A stretch of DNA of 64,000 nt. Origin: Acidimicrobiales bacterium (GTDB lineage Bacteria; Actinomycetota; Acidimicrobiia; Acidimicrobiales; JACDCH01). Positions 1 to 15,715 of this stretch are shown piece after piece. The position numbers and the translations under genes were made by a program. The stretch covers positions 3,797-67,796 of the forward strand of contig JBPCON010000038.1 in the NCBI GenBank assembly GCA_051000215.1, written 5' to 3'. The notes under the pieces are model-generated. The model ran no database searches. It was not told the origin of the DNA and saw only the letters and a list, made by a program, of their open reading frames with translations. Position 1 is the stretch's first letter; the number at the start of each line of letters is the position of its first letter.

Positions 1-606
1 GCGGTGCTCCTCGCTGCGTTCGGTGGCCTCCGCCGTGGCGAGCTGCTGGCCCTCCGCCGACGCGACGTCAACGTGCTCCATCGCACGGTCTCCGTCGAGC
101 TGCAGCGCCAGCAAGGCGCCCACGGCGAGGACCTCGTCGGCCCGCCCAAGACCGCCGCTGGCCGACGCACGTTCGTCCTCCCGAGCGAGGTCGTCAAGGA
201 GATCGAGCTGCACCTCGTGCGCTTCGGCGGGGCCGGCGCCGACGGGCTCGTCTTCACCGGCGCCAAGGGCGGCTTCATCCGTCCCCACGTCCTGCAGAAG
301 CACTGGGCCGCAGCACGCATCGCCGTTGGCGTCGAGCACCTGCACTTCCACGACCTCCGCCACGTCGCCGGCACGCTCGCCGCTTCGACCGGGGCCGGCA
401 CCAAGGAGCTGATGCACCGGCTCGGCCACGTCTCGCCCCAGGCCGCGCTCCGCTACCAGCACGCAACAGCGGCGCGCGACAAGGCGATCGCCGACGGCAT
501 CGACGGGATGGTGAAGGCGGCGATGGCGGACGATCACGACCAACCCACGCCGTTCCGGGTCACCAGCGGACAGCGGCGGACGCCCGACGCGACCCCGGAT
601 TCTTAG
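1..606 (+). CDS. Tyrosine recombinase/phage integrase, C-terminal catalytic domain (5' partial)
   Basis: Catalytic motifs GLRRGE (R), PPKT (K), HFHDLRH (H-x-x-R), LGH and RYQH (Y); the frame is open to the window edge. Confidence 0.95.
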   Translation, partial: AVLLAAFGGLRRGELLALRRRDVNVLHRTVSVELQRQQGAHGEDLVGPPKTAAGRRTFVLPSEVVKEIELHLVRFGGAGADGLVFTGAKGGFIRPHVLQKHWAAARIAVGVEHLHFHDLRHVAGTLAASTGAGTKELMHRLGHVSPQAALRYQHATAARDKAIADGIDGMVKAAMADDHDQPTPFRVTSGQRRTPDATPDS

Positions 607-695
607 GTCACGTTCGGGTCACGCCAGCCGATCGAGCCTTCCCAGCCTCGGCCCCACCGGCGGAGAATCGGTGCCTGACCAGGACGTTCGAAGAG
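1..695. mobile_element. Right boundary of an integrative element/prophage inserted at the 3' end of tRNA-Gly; the element extends left of the window
   Basis: Integrase stop (606) lies 90 bp from the tRNA 3' end (696); GGTCACG direct repeats at 606-612 and 617-623. The other att site is not in the window. Confidence 0.65.
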
Positions 696-766
696 AGCGG
701 GTGACGGGAATCGAACCCGCGTTCTCAGCTTGGGAAGCTGATGTTCTGCCTCTGAACTACACCCGC
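696..766 (-). tRNA. glyU: tRNA-Gly (anticodon CCC)
   Basis: Minus strand reads GCGGGTG acceptor stem ... TCAGC-TTCCCAA-GCTGA anticodon arm ... GGTTCGATTCC T-loop ... CACCCGC plus discriminator T; CCA not encoded. Confidence 0.97.
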
Positions 767-856
767 AGAGGGAGAGACAATAGACGACGTCCGCGGGCGA
801 AGATCCACAGCGCGACGCCCTCTTTCAGCGTCGCAGGCAGCGTCTAGGGTCGCCCC

Positions 857-2455
857 GTGATCCTGTCCGACCGGTCGATCCGCGACGCAGTGGCGAGCGG
901 CCGCATCGTCGTCGAACCGTTCGACCCGGCCATGGTTCAGCCGTCGTCGATCGACGTGCGCCTCGACCGATTCTTCCGTGTGTTCCTCAACCACACGATG
1001 GGTGTCATCGACGTGAAGGAGAATCTGGAGGAGCTGACCCAGCTGGTCGAGATCGTCGACGAAGACACCCCGTTCATCCTTCACCCCGGCGAGTTCGTCC
1101 TCGGCGCCACACATGAGCGCATCGCCCTGCCGAACGACATGGTCGCGCGCATCGAGGGCAAGGCCCTGGGTGTCGACACGTGGATCCCGACTCCGGATGG
1201 ATGGCGGCTCATGGGTGAGCTCGAAGCGGGCGATCTCGTCTTCCACCCTTCTGGCTATCCGACCGCTGTCGTGGCAACCAGCGACGTGATGAAGGGACGA
1301 CCTTGCCGAGAGGTCCACTTCTCCGATCGAACGCACGTGTTGGCCGATGTCGATCACCTCTGGCGCGTGCAGACGAGAGCTGATCGACGGAAGAGGTCAA
1401 CGCGGCTGCTGACCACCGGCGAGATCGAGCGCACCTTGCGGATCGGTCCTCACGAGTACAACCACCACGTGGCGATGACCTCTCCGGTCGCATACCCCGC
1501 GAGGGAGCTGCCAATCGACCCGTATGTGCTCGGTGCCTGGATCGGCGACGGCACGTCTTCGGCAGCTGAGATCACGACCATGGATCCCCCACTGCTTCGG
1601 GAGATCGAGCTTGCCGGTTACGGCGTCTCGAAGGCCTCGAAGCCGCTCGCCTATCGCATCGGCGGTGAAGGTCATTCGAGAAACCCGGTCACTGGGCGCT
1701 ACGAGCGGAACGGATCGCTCTCGAGCCGGCTGCGAGACCTCGACGTCATGGGTCACAAGCACATTCCAGACGAGTACCTGTATTCATCGATCGAGCAGCG
1801 GCAGGCTCTCCTCGAAGGTCTCATGGACACGGATGGCTACGTCGACAAGTGGGGCCGGTGCGAGCTGACCACGATCAAGGTCGGCCTCGCTGAGCAATAC
1901 CGCGAGCTTGTCGCCAGCCTCGGGTTCCGGCCCGTCGTTGCGATCAAGTCGGCGACCCTCAACGGTCGGTTCATCTGCATGAAGTACGACGTCACGTTCA
2001 CACCTGACCGCCCGGTCTTTCGCCTCGAACGCAAGCTCGTGCGCCAGAAACGCTCGGGCTGGTTCGAGCGGGGTCGAGCGATCGTCGACGTCCGCGAGAC
2101 CGAGTCGGCGCCTGTTCGTTGCATCCAGGTCGGCGCGCGAGACGGCATGTTCCTTGCCACCAGGTCGTTCATCCCGACGCACAACAGCTCGCTTGGTCGC
2201 CTCGGGCTGCTCATCCACTCCACCGCCGGGTTCATCGACCCGGGGTTCAACGGGCACATCACCCTCGAACTGTCGAACGTCGCCAACCTGCCGATCACCT
2301 TGTACCCGCGCATGAAGATCGGCCAGATCAGCTTCCACCGCATGGACACACCGGCAGACGTCCCCTACGGGACCGGCGCCCTCGGTTCGAAGTACCAGGG
2401 CCAGCGCGGCCCCACCCCGAGCCGCTACTGGGAGAACTTCTCCCGCGGCGCGTAG
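857..2455 (+). CDS. dcd: dCTP deaminase precursor containing an intein (spliced product about 191 aa)
   Basis: N-extein QPSSIDVRL...LHPGEFVLG...ARIEGK and C-extein [31 protein letters not shown]...KIGQISF...[11 protein letters not shown] rejoin into a typical actinobacterial Dcd. Confidence 0.95.
   Translation: MILSDRSIRDAVASGRIVVEPFDPAMVQPSSIDVRLDRFFRVFLNHTMGVIDVKENLEELTQLVEIVDEDTPFILHPGEFVLGATHERIALPNDMVARIEGKALGVDTWIPTPDGWRLMGELEAGDLVFHPSGYPTAVVATSDVMKGRPCREVHFSDRTHVLADVDHLWRVQTRADRRKRSTRLLTTGEIERTLRIGPHEYNHHVAMTSPVAYPARELPIDPYVLGAWIGDGTSSAAEITTMDPPLLREIELAGYGVSKASKPLAYRIGGEGHSRNPVTGRYERNGSLSSRLRDLDVMGHKHIPDEYLYSSIEQRQALLEGLMDTDGYVDKWGRCELTTIKVGLAEQYRELVASLGFRPVVAIKSATLNGRFICMKYDVTFTPDRPVFRLERKLVRQKRSGWFERGRAIVDVRETESAPVRCIQVGARDGMFLATRSFIPTHNSSLGRLGLLIHSTAGFIDPGFNGHITLELSNVANLPITLYPRMKIGQISFHRMDTPADVPYGTGALGSKYQGQRGPTPSRYWENFSRGA
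1163..2185 (+). mobile_element. Intein (341 aa, Ala1, class 3 W-C-T signature) with LAGLIDADG homing endonuclease
   Basis: Block [15 protein letters not shown], block B ADVDHLW, LAGLIDADG motifs [10 protein letters not shown] and [10 protein letters not shown], block F PVRCIQV, block G FIPTHN followed by Ser+1. Confidence 0.93.
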
Positions 2456-2456
2456 G

Positions 2457-4667
2457 TCAGTCTTCGACGGTGGGGCCGACGAGCTCTCGGGGGCCGAGCT
2501 CGGCCTCCCCCCGCTCGATGGCTTCGAGGAGGTGCATGGAGATGTCGGCGACCTTCACCTCGTCGTCATCCTTGCCAGCACCCTTCACGCCGTCGTCCAT
2601 CATGATGTAGCAGAACGGGCACGCGGTGGCGATGCGTGAAGCGCCGGTTGCGATCAGCTCGCGGGAGCGGGCGTCGTTGACCTTGGTGCCGATGGTCTCT
2701 TCCATCCACATGCGCGCGCCGCCGGCGCCGCAACACATGCCCTTGGTGCCGTTGCGCTCGGCCTCGACGACCTCGACGCCGCCGATCCGCGCGATGACGC
2801 GCCGGGGGGCCAGGTACACGTCGTTGTGGCGACCCAGGTAGCACGAGTCGTGGTACACGATGCGGTCTTCGAGGCGAGCGTTGGTCAGATCGAGCTGGCC
2901 GCTCTCGACGAGGTGGTCGAGCAGCTGGCTGTGGTGCAGCACCTCGTAGTGCCCGCCGAGCTGGGGGTACTCGTTGAGGAGCGTGTTGAAGCAGTGGGGG
3001 CACTGCGTGATGATCTTCTTCACGCCCATGCCGTTCATCGTCTCGATGTTCTGCATCGCCAGCATCTGGAAGATGTACTCGTTGCCCGAACGCCGAGCGG
3101 GGTCGCCCGTGCACATCTCGGCCGGGCCGAGGATCGCGAAGTCGATGCCAGCGCGCTGGAGCAGCTTGGCCATCGCGATGGTGACCTTCTGGTTCTTGTC
3201 GTCGAAGGAGCCGGCGCAGCCGACCCAGTAGAGGTACTCCTGCTCGAGCGGTGCTGATCCGTCGACGATGGTGACGCCCTCGACCTTCGACGTCCACGCG
3301 TCGCGGTCGGTCTGGCTCATGCCCCACGGGTTGCCTGCGTTCTCCATCGAGCGGTACGCTGTGCCGAGCTCGGTGGGGAAGTTCGACTCCATGAGCGACA
3401 GGTAGCGCCGCATGTCGAGGATCTTGTCGAGGATCTCGATGTGGACAGGACAGATCTCGTCGCACGCCTTGCACGTCGTGCACGACCACACCTCCTCGGG
3501 CGTGATCCGCTCGAACAGCGACGACGCGCCGATGGTGATCTCCGGAACCATGCCGATCGGCGGCGAGACCTGCGGGTTGCCCGTGGCTGCCATGACCTCG
3601 CCGGCCTTCAGCACGATCTCGCGCGGGTCGAGTGGCTTGCCTGTGGCGTGCGCCGGGCACACCGAGGTGCAGCGCCCGCACATGGTGCAGGCGTCGGTGT
3701 CGAGCAGCTGCTTCCACGTGAAGTCCTCGACCGTCGAGGCGCCGAACGACTCGAGCTCGGTCTCCATCAGGTTCGGCATCGGCTTCATGGCGCCCTTCGG
3801 GCGCTCGCGGTCGCGCAGGTACATGTTCAGCGGTGAGGTGAACATGTGGCGCAGCATCGTCACCGGCAACATGACGAGGAAGGCGAAGAAGCACACGACG
3901 TGCACGGCCCACCATGCCTGTTGCCAGCCGGCCGCCGAGTCGATGTTGCGGACCAGCCACGAGAGCGGGTAGCCGACGAACGACCACCGCTCATAGCCGG
4001 GCCGGCCGATCTCGGCGATGCGGAACGCTTCGGCCACGAACCCGGAGACGCCGAGCAGCAGGAACGTCCCGAGGATGGCGAGGTGCTCCGGCTTGGACTT
4101 GATGCGGATGCGGTAGGGCTTCTGCGCGTAGCGCCGCACCAGCGCCCAACCGACGCCGGCGACGAAGACGAGGCCGGCGGCGTCGGCCACCATCGAATAC
4201 GCCTGGTACACCTGCCCGTGGAGGAACTTCAGCGGCTCAGGTGCGAGGTGGTCGAGCTCGGAGATCGTGGTGACGGCGAAGAGGACGAGGAAGGCGAAGT
4301 AGATCATCGAGTGCATCACCCCCGCGGCCGGGTCGCGCAGCAACGTGCGCATGTAGACGCCGGCGCGGAAGTCGGCGACTCGCTTCTTGATCGTCTTCGA
4401 GTTCGTCGCCCGCTTGTCCGGTGCGCCTCGCTCCCAATTGCGCACGCGGAGGCTGAAGAGCACGGATCCGTACACGAACATCACGGTGAGCACGACGTAG
4501 AAGCCGAGCTTCCACGCGCCCGGGATGTTGGTGAAGACCTCGCGCTTGATCGGCGAGTCGTCTTCCCAATCGACGAGCAACGGGAAGGCCCCCGAGAACA
4601 CCGAGACGAGGCCGAGACCCACGCCCAGGCCGATGACGATGTGGTGGGGGCGGATCTTGCGAACCAT
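2457..4667 (-). CDS. Membrane Fe-S oxidoreductase (FadF/Rv0338c-EtfD/heterodisulfide-reductase-like); alternative start 4742
   Basis: N-terminal multi-TM domain, two ferredoxin motifs CTMCGRCTSVCP and CTTCKACDEICP, two cysteine-rich CCG domains (VGCAGS/CPHC; MCCGAGG/ACPFC). Confidence 0.85.
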   Translation of the reverse strand: MVRKIRPHHIVIGLGVGLGLVSVFSGAFPLLVDWEDDSPIKREVFTNIPGAWKLGFYVVLTVMFVYGSVLFSLRVRNWERGAPDKRATNSKTIKKRVADFRAGVYMRTLLRDPAAGVMHSMIYFAFLVLFAVTTISELDHLAPEPLKFLHGQVYQAYSMVADAAGLVFVAGVGWALVRRYAQKPYRIRIKSKPEHLAILGTFLLLGVSGFVAEAFRIAEIGRPGYERWSFVGYPLSWLVRNIDSAAGWQQAWWAVHVVCFFAFLVMLPVTMLRHMFTSPLNMYLRDRERPKGAMKPMPNLMETELESFGASTVEDFTWKQLLDTDACTMCGRCTSVCPAHATGKPLDPREIVLKAGEVMAATGNPQVSPPIGMVPEITIGASSLFERITPEEVWSCTTCKACDEICPVHIEILDKILDMRRYLSLMESNFPTELGTAYRSMENAGNPWGMSQTDRDAWTSKVEGVTIVDGSAPLEQEYLYWVGCAGSFDDKNQKVTIAMAKLLQRAGIDFAILGPAEMCTGDPARRSGNEYIFQMLAMQNIETMNGMGVKKIITQCPHCFNTLLNEYPQLGGHYEVLHHSQLLDHLVESGQLDLTNARLEDRIVYHDSCYLGRHNDVYLAPRRVIARIGGVEVVEAERNGTKGMCCGAGGARMWMEETIGTKVNDARSRELIATGASRIATACPFCYIMMDDGVKGAGKDDDEVKVADISMHLLEAIERGEAELGPRELVGPTVED

Positions 4668-4806
4668 CGGGGGCGAACCTACTCCCGGCTCGGATCCGGC
4701 CACGAAACCGCGAGCCGTCGACCCGACACGAACGTCAGACACGCGTCAGAGAACCGACCACGTTGCGTCATGCCCACGTCGCAGCCGAGTAACCGCCTGT
4801 CTCTAG

Positions 4807-5235
<429 letters not shown>

Positions 5236-5250
5236 CCGAAGGGTGGGGGG

Positions 5251-5676
5251 TTAGCCGTACGTCTTGGTGTCGAGCTCGCGGATGCGCCCAGCGAGCACGG
5301 CGAGCATCTTGTGGCTCAGCGAAGGGACCTCGTCGAGGACGGTTGCGAACTCGCGCGGCCCGAGAACGAGGACGGTCACGGGGCTCACCGCGGTGACCGT
5401 CGCGGTGCGGGGCCCCTTGTCGAGCAGCGAAAGCTCGCCGAAGTAGGCGCCTGGGCCGAGCGCGGCCACCTCGCTGCCGTTGATCGTGACCGACACGGTG
5501 CCTTCGACGAGCACGAAGCACTCGTGCCCTGAGGTGTCCTGCTCGACGAGCACCCTCCCGGCCGGCAGGGCGAGCTCGTCGGAGGCCCTGGCGATGATCT
5601 GCAGCTCTTTCTTCGAGCACGCCGCGAAGAGCGGCACGTGCGCGAGATGATCGAGGTACGCGTCCCGCACCACCAT
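5251..5676 (-). CDS. Stand-alone cyclic nucleotide-binding domain protein
   Basis: LGPGAYFGELSLLDKGPRTATVTA phosphate-binding cassette; 141 aa with no HTH; GGAGG SD upstream. Confidence 0.85.
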   Translation of the reverse strand: MVVRDAYLDHLAHVPLFAACSKKELQIIARASDELALPAGRVLVEQDTSGHECFVLVEGTVSVTINGSEVAALGPGAYFGELSLLDKGPRTATVTAVSPVTVLVLGPREFATVLDEVPSLSHKMLAVLAGRIRELDTKTYG

Positions 5677-5769
5677 GTTCAGCCTCCCCAGTCGGTGACC
5701 GCCGAACCCTACTCGGGCGCGCTCGACCGAGCCTGGCTGTGCTCCTTGCGGTTCACCCAGAGGAAACAG

Positions 5770-6315
5770 ATGCGAAACACCGCACGAATAGCCTCACCGG
5801 CGATGGATGTGGTTCTCGTGCGCTGGCCCGTCGAAGAGGAGAAGCGCGAAGACCTGCGCGCCGGGGGCATTCCCCGGCTGCTCCTCGTCGAGAACGGCGC
5901 GCCGCCCCCGCTTGCCGAGGACGACCTCGAGGACTGGATACGCGTCCCTGCGGATGAGCTCGATCTGCACCACCGCGTCGAGAACCTCGCCCGGCGGTCG
6001 CGCTCGAAGGACGTCGTGTTTCCCGACCTCGACGACGACGGGGTGCTGCGCGTCGGGCAGGGGTGGGTGCCGCTTCCCCCCGTCGAGGCGCGATTGACCT
6101 CGGCTCTGGTCGAGCGGTACGGGGCGGTGGTCAGCCGCGATGCGCTGGCGCGCGCCGGCTGGCCCGATGGCGCGCCGGGGCGCAACGCGCTCGACGTGCA
6201 CGTCCTGCGCCTCAGGCGCCGTCTTGCCCCCCTCGATCTCGCCATCCGCACGGTGCGGTCACGCGGGTACCTGCTCGAGCACGCGAACGGTGCCGCAGCG
6301 CTCCGCCAGGCCTGA
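5770..6315 (+). CDS. OmpR/PhoB-type winged-helix DNA-binding protein with a degenerate, non-receiver N-terminus
   Basis: C-terminal VVSRDALARAGW...RNALDVHVLRLRRRL...IRTVRSRGY; start uncertain (5770 or 5803). Confidence 0.75.
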   Translation: MRNTARIASPAMDVVLVRWPVEEEKREDLRAGGIPRLLLVENGAPPPLAEDDLEDWIRVPADELDLHHRVENLARRSRSKDVVFPDLDDDGVLRVGQGWVPLPPVEARLTSALVERYGAVVSRDALARAGWPDGAPGRNALDVHVLRLRRRLAPLDLAIRTVRSRGYLLEHANGAAALRQA

Positions 6316-6363
6316 CGAGAAGCCGCCCCACTGCGAGCGGAGGCCCGAAGAGCCGTCGGGACA

Positions 6364-7128
6364 CTAGCCGGCTTGGGCTGCTACTTCGGCGGCTCCCGTT
6401 GTTGCGGCTTGGGGGTCGAGGTAGCGCCCTCGTAGAGGCGCGATAGCGCCGGTGGCGGCGACAGGCCGGAGATCGGCGTCGAGCTCATAGACGAGCGGGT
6501 TGCCGGTCGGGATGTTCAGCTCGGCGATGTCGGTCTCGGGGATGTCGTCGAGGTGCTTCACCAGCGCGCGGAGGCTGTTGCCGTGCGCTGCGACGAGCGT
6601 GACGCGCCCTGCGACCAGGTCGGGGGCCACGGCGTCGGTCCAGTAGGGCAGCACGCGCACGAGGCAGTCGGCGAGGCACTCTGTGGTCGGCACGGCGTCG
6701 GGAGGCAGCTCGGCGTAGCGGATGTCGCCCGACACGTCGAACTCCGAGCCGCGCTCGATCGGCTCGGGCGCGACGTCGTAGGAGCGACGCCAGACCTTGA
6801 CCCGCTCGGCGCCGAACTCGGCTGTGGTCTGTGCCTTGTCCTTGCCCTGCAACGCGCCGTAGTGGCGCTCGTTGAGGCGCCACGACCGTCGGACCGGTAT
6901 CCAGAGCCGCTCGCACGCGCCGAGCGCGAGCTCAGCGGTGCGGACGGCTCGCACCAGCACCGAGGTGTGAACGACGTCGGGGAGCAGCCCGGCGTCGCGC
7001 AGCAGCTCGCCGGCCCGGGTGGCTTCGACCTCGCCTCGCGGCGACAGCACGGAGTCCCACCAACCGGTGAAGAGGTTGCGGTCGTTCCACTCGCTGCGCC
7101 CGTGGCGCAACAGGATCAACGTCGACAT
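6364..7128 (-). CDS. gpmA: 2,3-bisphosphoglycerate-dependent phosphoglycerate mutase
   Basis: [49 protein letters not shown]. Confidence 0.95.
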   Translation of the reverse strand: MSTLILLRHGRSEWNDRNLFTGWWDSVLSPRGEVEATRAGELLRDAGLLPDVVHTSVLVRAVRTAELALGACERLWIPVRRSWRLNERHYGALQGKDKAQTTAEFGAERVKVWRRSYDVAPEPIERGSEFDVSGDIRYAELPPDAVPTTECLADCLVRVLPYWTDAVAPDLVAGRVTLVAAHGNSLRALVKHLDDIPETDIAELNIPTGNPLVYELDADLRPVAATGAIAPLRGRYLDPQAATTGAAEVAAQAG

Positions 7129-7141
7129 GGCGCGCTCGAAC

Positions 7142-7894
7142 CTAGTGTTCGGTTGCGGCGAACCGCGAGGGCGTGCCGGGGACGCCGGCTTCGAACAGCG
7201 CCCTGAACGTGGCGTCTTCGCGAGACCGCGCGTTGCTGAGGAGCTCTCGCCTCGCTGCCACCAACAGCTGCTTCGTGGCCACGATCGAGCTCAGCGGGCC
7301 GGCACGCACGATGTCATCGGCTATCTCCACGGTGCGCTCGACGACTTCGGCATCGGGAACGACCTCGAGGGCGAGGCCCAGCTGCACAGCCTCGGGCGCG
7401 GTGACCCACCCGCCGCGCAGCAACACGTGCGACGCGCGTTGCCAGCCCATGATCGCAGCGAAGCTCGCCGACGATCCGGCTTCGGGGGCGACGCCGAGGG
7501 ACACGAACGGCCCTCGCAACCGCGCCGACGCCGCGATCAGCGCTGCGTCGCAGAACGGAAGAAGGGTCATGCCGATGCCGACGCCCACACCGTTGACCGC
7601 GGCGAGCAACGCCTTGGGGAAGCCGCTTATGGCGTCCATGAAGGCGGCGAACGCAGCCCCTTGGTCCGCGGGGCCGTTGCCGCCGCCAGCGCCGGCGAGC
7701 TCGCCGAGGTCGTTGCCAGCGCAGAAGCCGCGGCCCGCTCCGGTGAGCACGACCGCGCCGATCTCCTCGGAGGCAGCGGCCTCGGCGAGGCTGTCGGCGC
7801 ACGCCCGGTACAGGGCGCTCGTCATGGCGTTGAGCTTGTCCGGCCGGTTGAGGGTGAGCAGGCGAACGCCCCCCTCGTCGTGCGTGATCAGCAT
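7142..7894 (-). CDS. Enoyl-CoA hydratase/isomerase family protein
   Basis: [47 protein letters not shown]. Confidence 0.88.
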   Translation of the reverse strand: MLITHDEGGVRLLTLNRPDKLNAMTSALYRACADSLAEAAASEEIGAVVLTGAGRGFCAGNDLGELAGAGGGNGPADQGAAFAAFMDAISGFPKALLAAVNGVGVGIGMTLLPFCDAALIAASARLRGPFVSLGVAPEAGSSASFAAIMGWQRASHVLLRGGWVTAPEAVQLGLALEVVPDAEVVERTVEIADDIVRAGPLSSIVATKQLLVAARRELLSNARSREDATFRALFEAGVPGTPSRFAATEH

Positions 7895-7914
7895 GCGGTG
7901 ATCTTCCCATGCCG

Positions 7915-7946
7915 AAGTTGTCAATCTCGCGCTCAACTTCTATCCT
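7915..7946 (+). promoter_or_regulatory. dnaK operon promoter (-35 TTGTCA, 17 bp, -10 TATCCT) overlapped by a HAIR-like HspR operator
   Basis: TTGTCA 7918-7923 and TATCCT 7941-7946; GTTGTCA-N7-GCTCAAC at 7917-7937 resembles CTTGAGT-N7-ACTCAAG, with AAGTTG/CAACTT inverted arms; hspR is in the operon. Confidence 0.7.
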
Positions 7947-7997
7947 GCTCAGGAGTTCAAGGTCGCACCCCTTCCACCATCTACGAGGAGCATCGCC

Positions 7998-9838
<1,841 letters not shown>

Positions 9839-9839
<1 letters not shown>

Positions 9840-10357
9840 TGCCCGACCAGGAGATCGTCGATCCCCAGGACCAGGCTCCTGGCGACGACGCTGGCGCGGG
9901 TGACGACCTGCTCGGCGAGGTCGAGGCCGAGATCACGGCCGACATCGCGTCGATCAGCGCGCAACGCGACGAGTACCTCGCCGTCGCGCAGCGCCTGCAA
10001 GCCGAGTTCGAGAACTACAAGAAGCGAGTCGGCAAGGAGCTGGCCGACAAGCATGCTGCGGGCAAGGCCGACCTCGCGCGCAAGCTGCTCGCCGTGCTCG
10101 ACGCGTGCGACAGCGCGATCATCCAGCGCGTCGACGGGATCGGGCCGATCCACAAGGTCCTGTTCGACACGCTGACGAAGGAGGGGCTCTCGGTGATCGA
10201 GGCCGACGACACCCCGTTCGACCCGAACTTGCACGACGCCGTCATGCACGAGGCAGCCGACGGCGACGCGGAACCGATCGTCGTCGAGACGCTGCGCACC
10301 GGGTACGTGTGGAACGGCAAGGTCCTGCGCCCCGCGATGGTCAAGGTCCGCGGGTAG
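9839..10357 (+). CDS. grpE: Nucleotide exchange factor GrpE
   Basis: QRLQAEFENYKKR, FDPNLHDAV, GY...VLRPAMVKV; TGATG coupling to dnaK. Confidence 0.95.
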
Positions 10358-10364
10358 CGAGCCC

Positions 10365-11501
10365 ATGGCCCCGCAGCGGGAGTGGTTCGAGAAGGACTAC
10401 TACGCCGTGCTCGGTGTGACCCCGACGGCGACAGCCAAGGAGATCAAGAGCGCGTACCGCAAGCTGTCGCGCAAGTTCCACCCCGACGCCAACGCCGGTG
10501 ACCCCGCGGCGGAGGAGCGCTTCAAGGAGATCTCCGCGGCGTATGACGTCATCGGCGACGAAGCGAAGCGCAAGGAGTACGACGAGGTCCGCACGCTCGG
10601 CCCGGCCGCACACGGCTTCGGCGGCGCCAGCGCCGGGGGAAGCCACGCCTTCACCACCGACAACCTCGGCGATCTCGGCGACCTGTTCGGCAACCTGTTC
10701 AACCGCGGGCGCCGCGGCGCCAACGCGCCGGGCGCGGCGCGCGGTGGGGGCCCACAGCGGGGCCAGGATCTCGAGACCGAGCTGCAGCTCTCCTTCGAAG
10801 GCGCGACGCAGGGAGTCACCACGAGCGTCAACCTGACGAGCGAGGTGGCATGTCACACCTGCTTGGGCTCGGGTGCGAAGCCGGGCACGACACCGAAGAC
10901 GTGCCCGCGCTGTGGCGGCCGAGGTGTGCTCGACGACAACCAGGGGTTCTTCTCGCTGTCCTCCCCCTGCCCCCAGTGCCGCGGCGCAGGGACGATCGTG
11001 GAGGACCCGTGCCCGACCTGTCGCGGAACGGGCACCGAGCTCAAGGCACGCCAGGTCAAGGTCCGGGTGCCGGCCGGTGTCGTCGACGGCCAGCGCATCC
11101 GTCTCTCGGGCCGTGGTGGGCCTGGTCGTCACGGTGGCCCGAACGGCGATCTCTACGTCGTCGTGCGCGTCGGGGCGCACCCCCTCTTCGGGCGCGATGG
11201 CCGCAACCTCACGATCGCCGTGCCCGTCACCTACCCGGAGGCCGCGCTCGGCGCTGACGTCAAGGTCCCGACCCTCGACGGGCCGGCCGTCACGATCAAG
11301 GTCCCGGCCGGCACGCGCTCGGGACGCACGTTGCGGGTCAAGGGCAGGGGCGTCCCGGGCGAGGGGATCAAGGCGCCAGGCGACCTCATGGTCACCGTGG
11401 AGGTGGCGGTGCCTGCGAAGATGTCGGCCGGTGAGCGCAAGGCTGTCGAAGCGCTCGCCGCCGCGACCGACGAGAGCCCTCGGGCTCACCTCGGGGTGTG
11501 A
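10365..11501 (+). CDS. dnaJ: Chaperone DnaJ
   Basis: J-domain with HPD, four CxxCxGxG motifs, C-terminal domain. Confidence 0.97.
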   Translation: MAPQREWFEKDYYAVLGVTPTATAKEIKSAYRKLSRKFHPDANAGDPAAEERFKEISAAYDVIGDEAKRKEYDEVRTLGPAAHGFGGASAGGSHAFTTDNLGDLGDLFGNLFNRGRRGANAPGAARGGGPQRGQDLETELQLSFEGATQGVTTSVNLTSEVACHTCLGSGAKPGTTPKTCPRCGGRGVLDDNQGFFSLSSPCPQCRGAGTIVEDPCPTCRGTGTELKARQVKVRVPAGVVDGQRIRLSGRGGPGRHGGPNGDLYVVVRVGAHPLFGRDGRNLTIAVPVTYPEAALGADVKVPTLDGPAVTIKVPAGTRSGRTLRVKGRGVPGEGIKAPGDLMVTVEVAVPAKMSAGERKAVEALAAATDESPRAHLGV

Positions 11502-11508
11502 GGTGACG

Positions 11509-11901
11509 ATGGTCGAGCGACCGGAGCGAATGAGGGCGGTCTACGTCATCTCCGTCGCCGCCGAGCTGGCCGGCGTGCACCCGCAGACCTTGCGCATCTA
11601 CGAGCGCAAGGGGCTCGTCGACCCGGCGCGCACCTCCGGTGGCAGCCGCCGCTACAGCGACGACGACATCGCGCAGCTGCGCCGCATCCAAGAGCTCACC
11701 AACGAGGGGCTGAACCTCGCTGGTGTGCACCGCGTGCTCGCGCTCGAAGCAGAGGCCGCCCAGTTGCGGCGCGAGCTCGACGAGCTCCAGGTCCAAGCGC
11801 GCGACGCGGTGGCGAGCACGCACCGGCAGTACCGCCGCGACCTCGTGCCGCTGAAGCAATCGATGGTGCTCTTCAAGGGGCGCCGAGCGAGAGGCAGCTG
11901 A
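11509..11901 (+). CDS. hspR: MerR-family heat-shock repressor HspR
   Basis: [40 protein letters not shown]...GLNLAGV; position after dnaJ. Confidence 0.95.
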   Translation: MVERPERMRAVYVISVAAELAGVHPQTLRIYERKGLVDPARTSGGSRRYSDDDIAQLRRIQELTNEGLNLAGVHRVLALEAEAAQLRRELDELQVQARDAVASTHRQYRRDLVPLKQSMVLFKGRRARGS

Positions 11902-11903
11902 GC

Positions 11904-14396
<2,493 letters not shown>

Positions 14397-14433
14397 CCTC
14401 ACCCGGTCCTGTCGGCTGAACGAGGAGCGCGCC

Positions 14434-15714
14434 GTGCCCGCCACTGTTGTGGTCGGCACCCAGTGGGGTGACGAGGGGAAGGGGCGCTTCACCGACCTCT
14501 TCGCCAAGGAGATGCACCTTGTCGTGCGCTACCAGGGCGGGCACAACGCCGGGCACACCTTGGTGGTCGATGGCGAGAGCTTCGCCCTCCAGCTGGTGCC
14601 GAGCGGCGTGCTGTACGACCACATCACCCCGGTCATCGCGAACGGGGTCGTCGTCGACCCACAGGTGCTGCTCGACGAGGTCGACATGTTGACGCGGCGA
14701 GGCGTCGACTGCAGCCGGCTGCGGGTGTCGTCGAACGCCCACCTCATCCTGCCGTATCACCAGGAGCTCGACCGGGTGATCGAGCGGCACCTCGGCAAGA
14801 ACAAGCTCGGCACGACGAAGCGCGGGATCGGTCCCGCCTACGCGGACAAGGCCAGCCGCGTCGGTCTGCGCGTGCAGGATCTCTTCGACCCGAAGATCTT
14901 CGAGCAGAAGCTCGACGTCGTGTTGCGCGAGAAGAACCTCGTGCTGGCGAAGGTCTACAACCAGCTCCCGCTCGACCGCGACGAGATCCTCACCGCGTAC
15001 CTCGGGCACATCGCGCCGCGGCTCGAGCCTTACGTGTGCGACACGGTCGGGCTCGTGCACGACGCGCTCGAAGCGGGGCAGCACGTGCTGCTCGAGGGAG
15101 CCCAGGCAACGTTCCTCGATCTCGACCAGGGCACGTATCCCTACGTGACCTCATCGAACCCGGTCGCCGGCGGCGCGTGCACAGGAGCCGGCGTCGGCCC
15201 CATGCACATCGGGCGCGTCGTGGGCGTTGCCAAGGCCTACATCACCCGGGTCGGCTCGGGCCCGTTCCCGACCGAGCTCGCCGACGACGTCGGCGACGTG
15301 CTCGTCGAGCGGGGCCACGAGTTCGGCACCAACACCGGCCGTCGCCGCCGGCCGGGCTGGTTCGACGCGGTGATGCTGCGCCACGCGGTGCGGGTCAACT
15401 CGCTCTCTGAGGTCGCGATCACCAAGCTCGACGTGCTCGACGCGCTCGAGCAGCTCAAGGTGTGCGTGGCGTACGAGGTCGACGGTGCGCGCATCGAGGA
15501 CTACCCCGACAGTCAGTCGGTGTTGCACCGGGCAACGCCCGTCTACGAGGACCTGCCGGGCTGGGGCACCGAGATCGCCAAGGCCAAGGAGGCGAACGAG
15601 CTACCCGACGCGGCGCGCGCCTACATCGACTTCCTGCAAGACCAGGTGGGTGTTCCCATCCACCTCGTCGGCGTCGGCCCCGGTCGCGACGAGTACGTGC
15701 AGCTCGGGGGCTGA
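14434..15714 (+). CDS. purA: Adenylosuccinate synthetase
   Basis: [55 protein letters not shown]. Confidence 0.98.
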   Translation: MPATVVVGTQWGDEGKGRFTDLFAKEMHLVVRYQGGHNAGHTLVVDGESFALQLVPSGVLYDHITPVIANGVVVDPQVLLDEVDMLTRRGVDCSRLRVSSNAHLILPYHQELDRVIERHLGKNKLGTTKRGIGPAYADKASRVGLRVQDLFDPKIFEQKLDVVLREKNLVLAKVYNQLPLDRDEILTAYLGHIAPRLEPYVCDTVGLVHDALEAGQHVLLEGAQATFLDLDQGTYPYVTSSNPVAGGACTGAGVGPMHIGRVVGVAKAYITRVGSGPFPTELADDVGDVLVERGHEFGTNTGRRRRPGWFDAVMLRHAVRVNSLSEVAITKLDVLDALEQLKVCVAYEVDGARIEDYPDSQSVLHRATPVYEDLPGWGTEIAKAKEANELPDAARAYIDFLQDQVGVPIHLVGVGPGRDEYVQLGG

Positions 15715-15715
15715 G

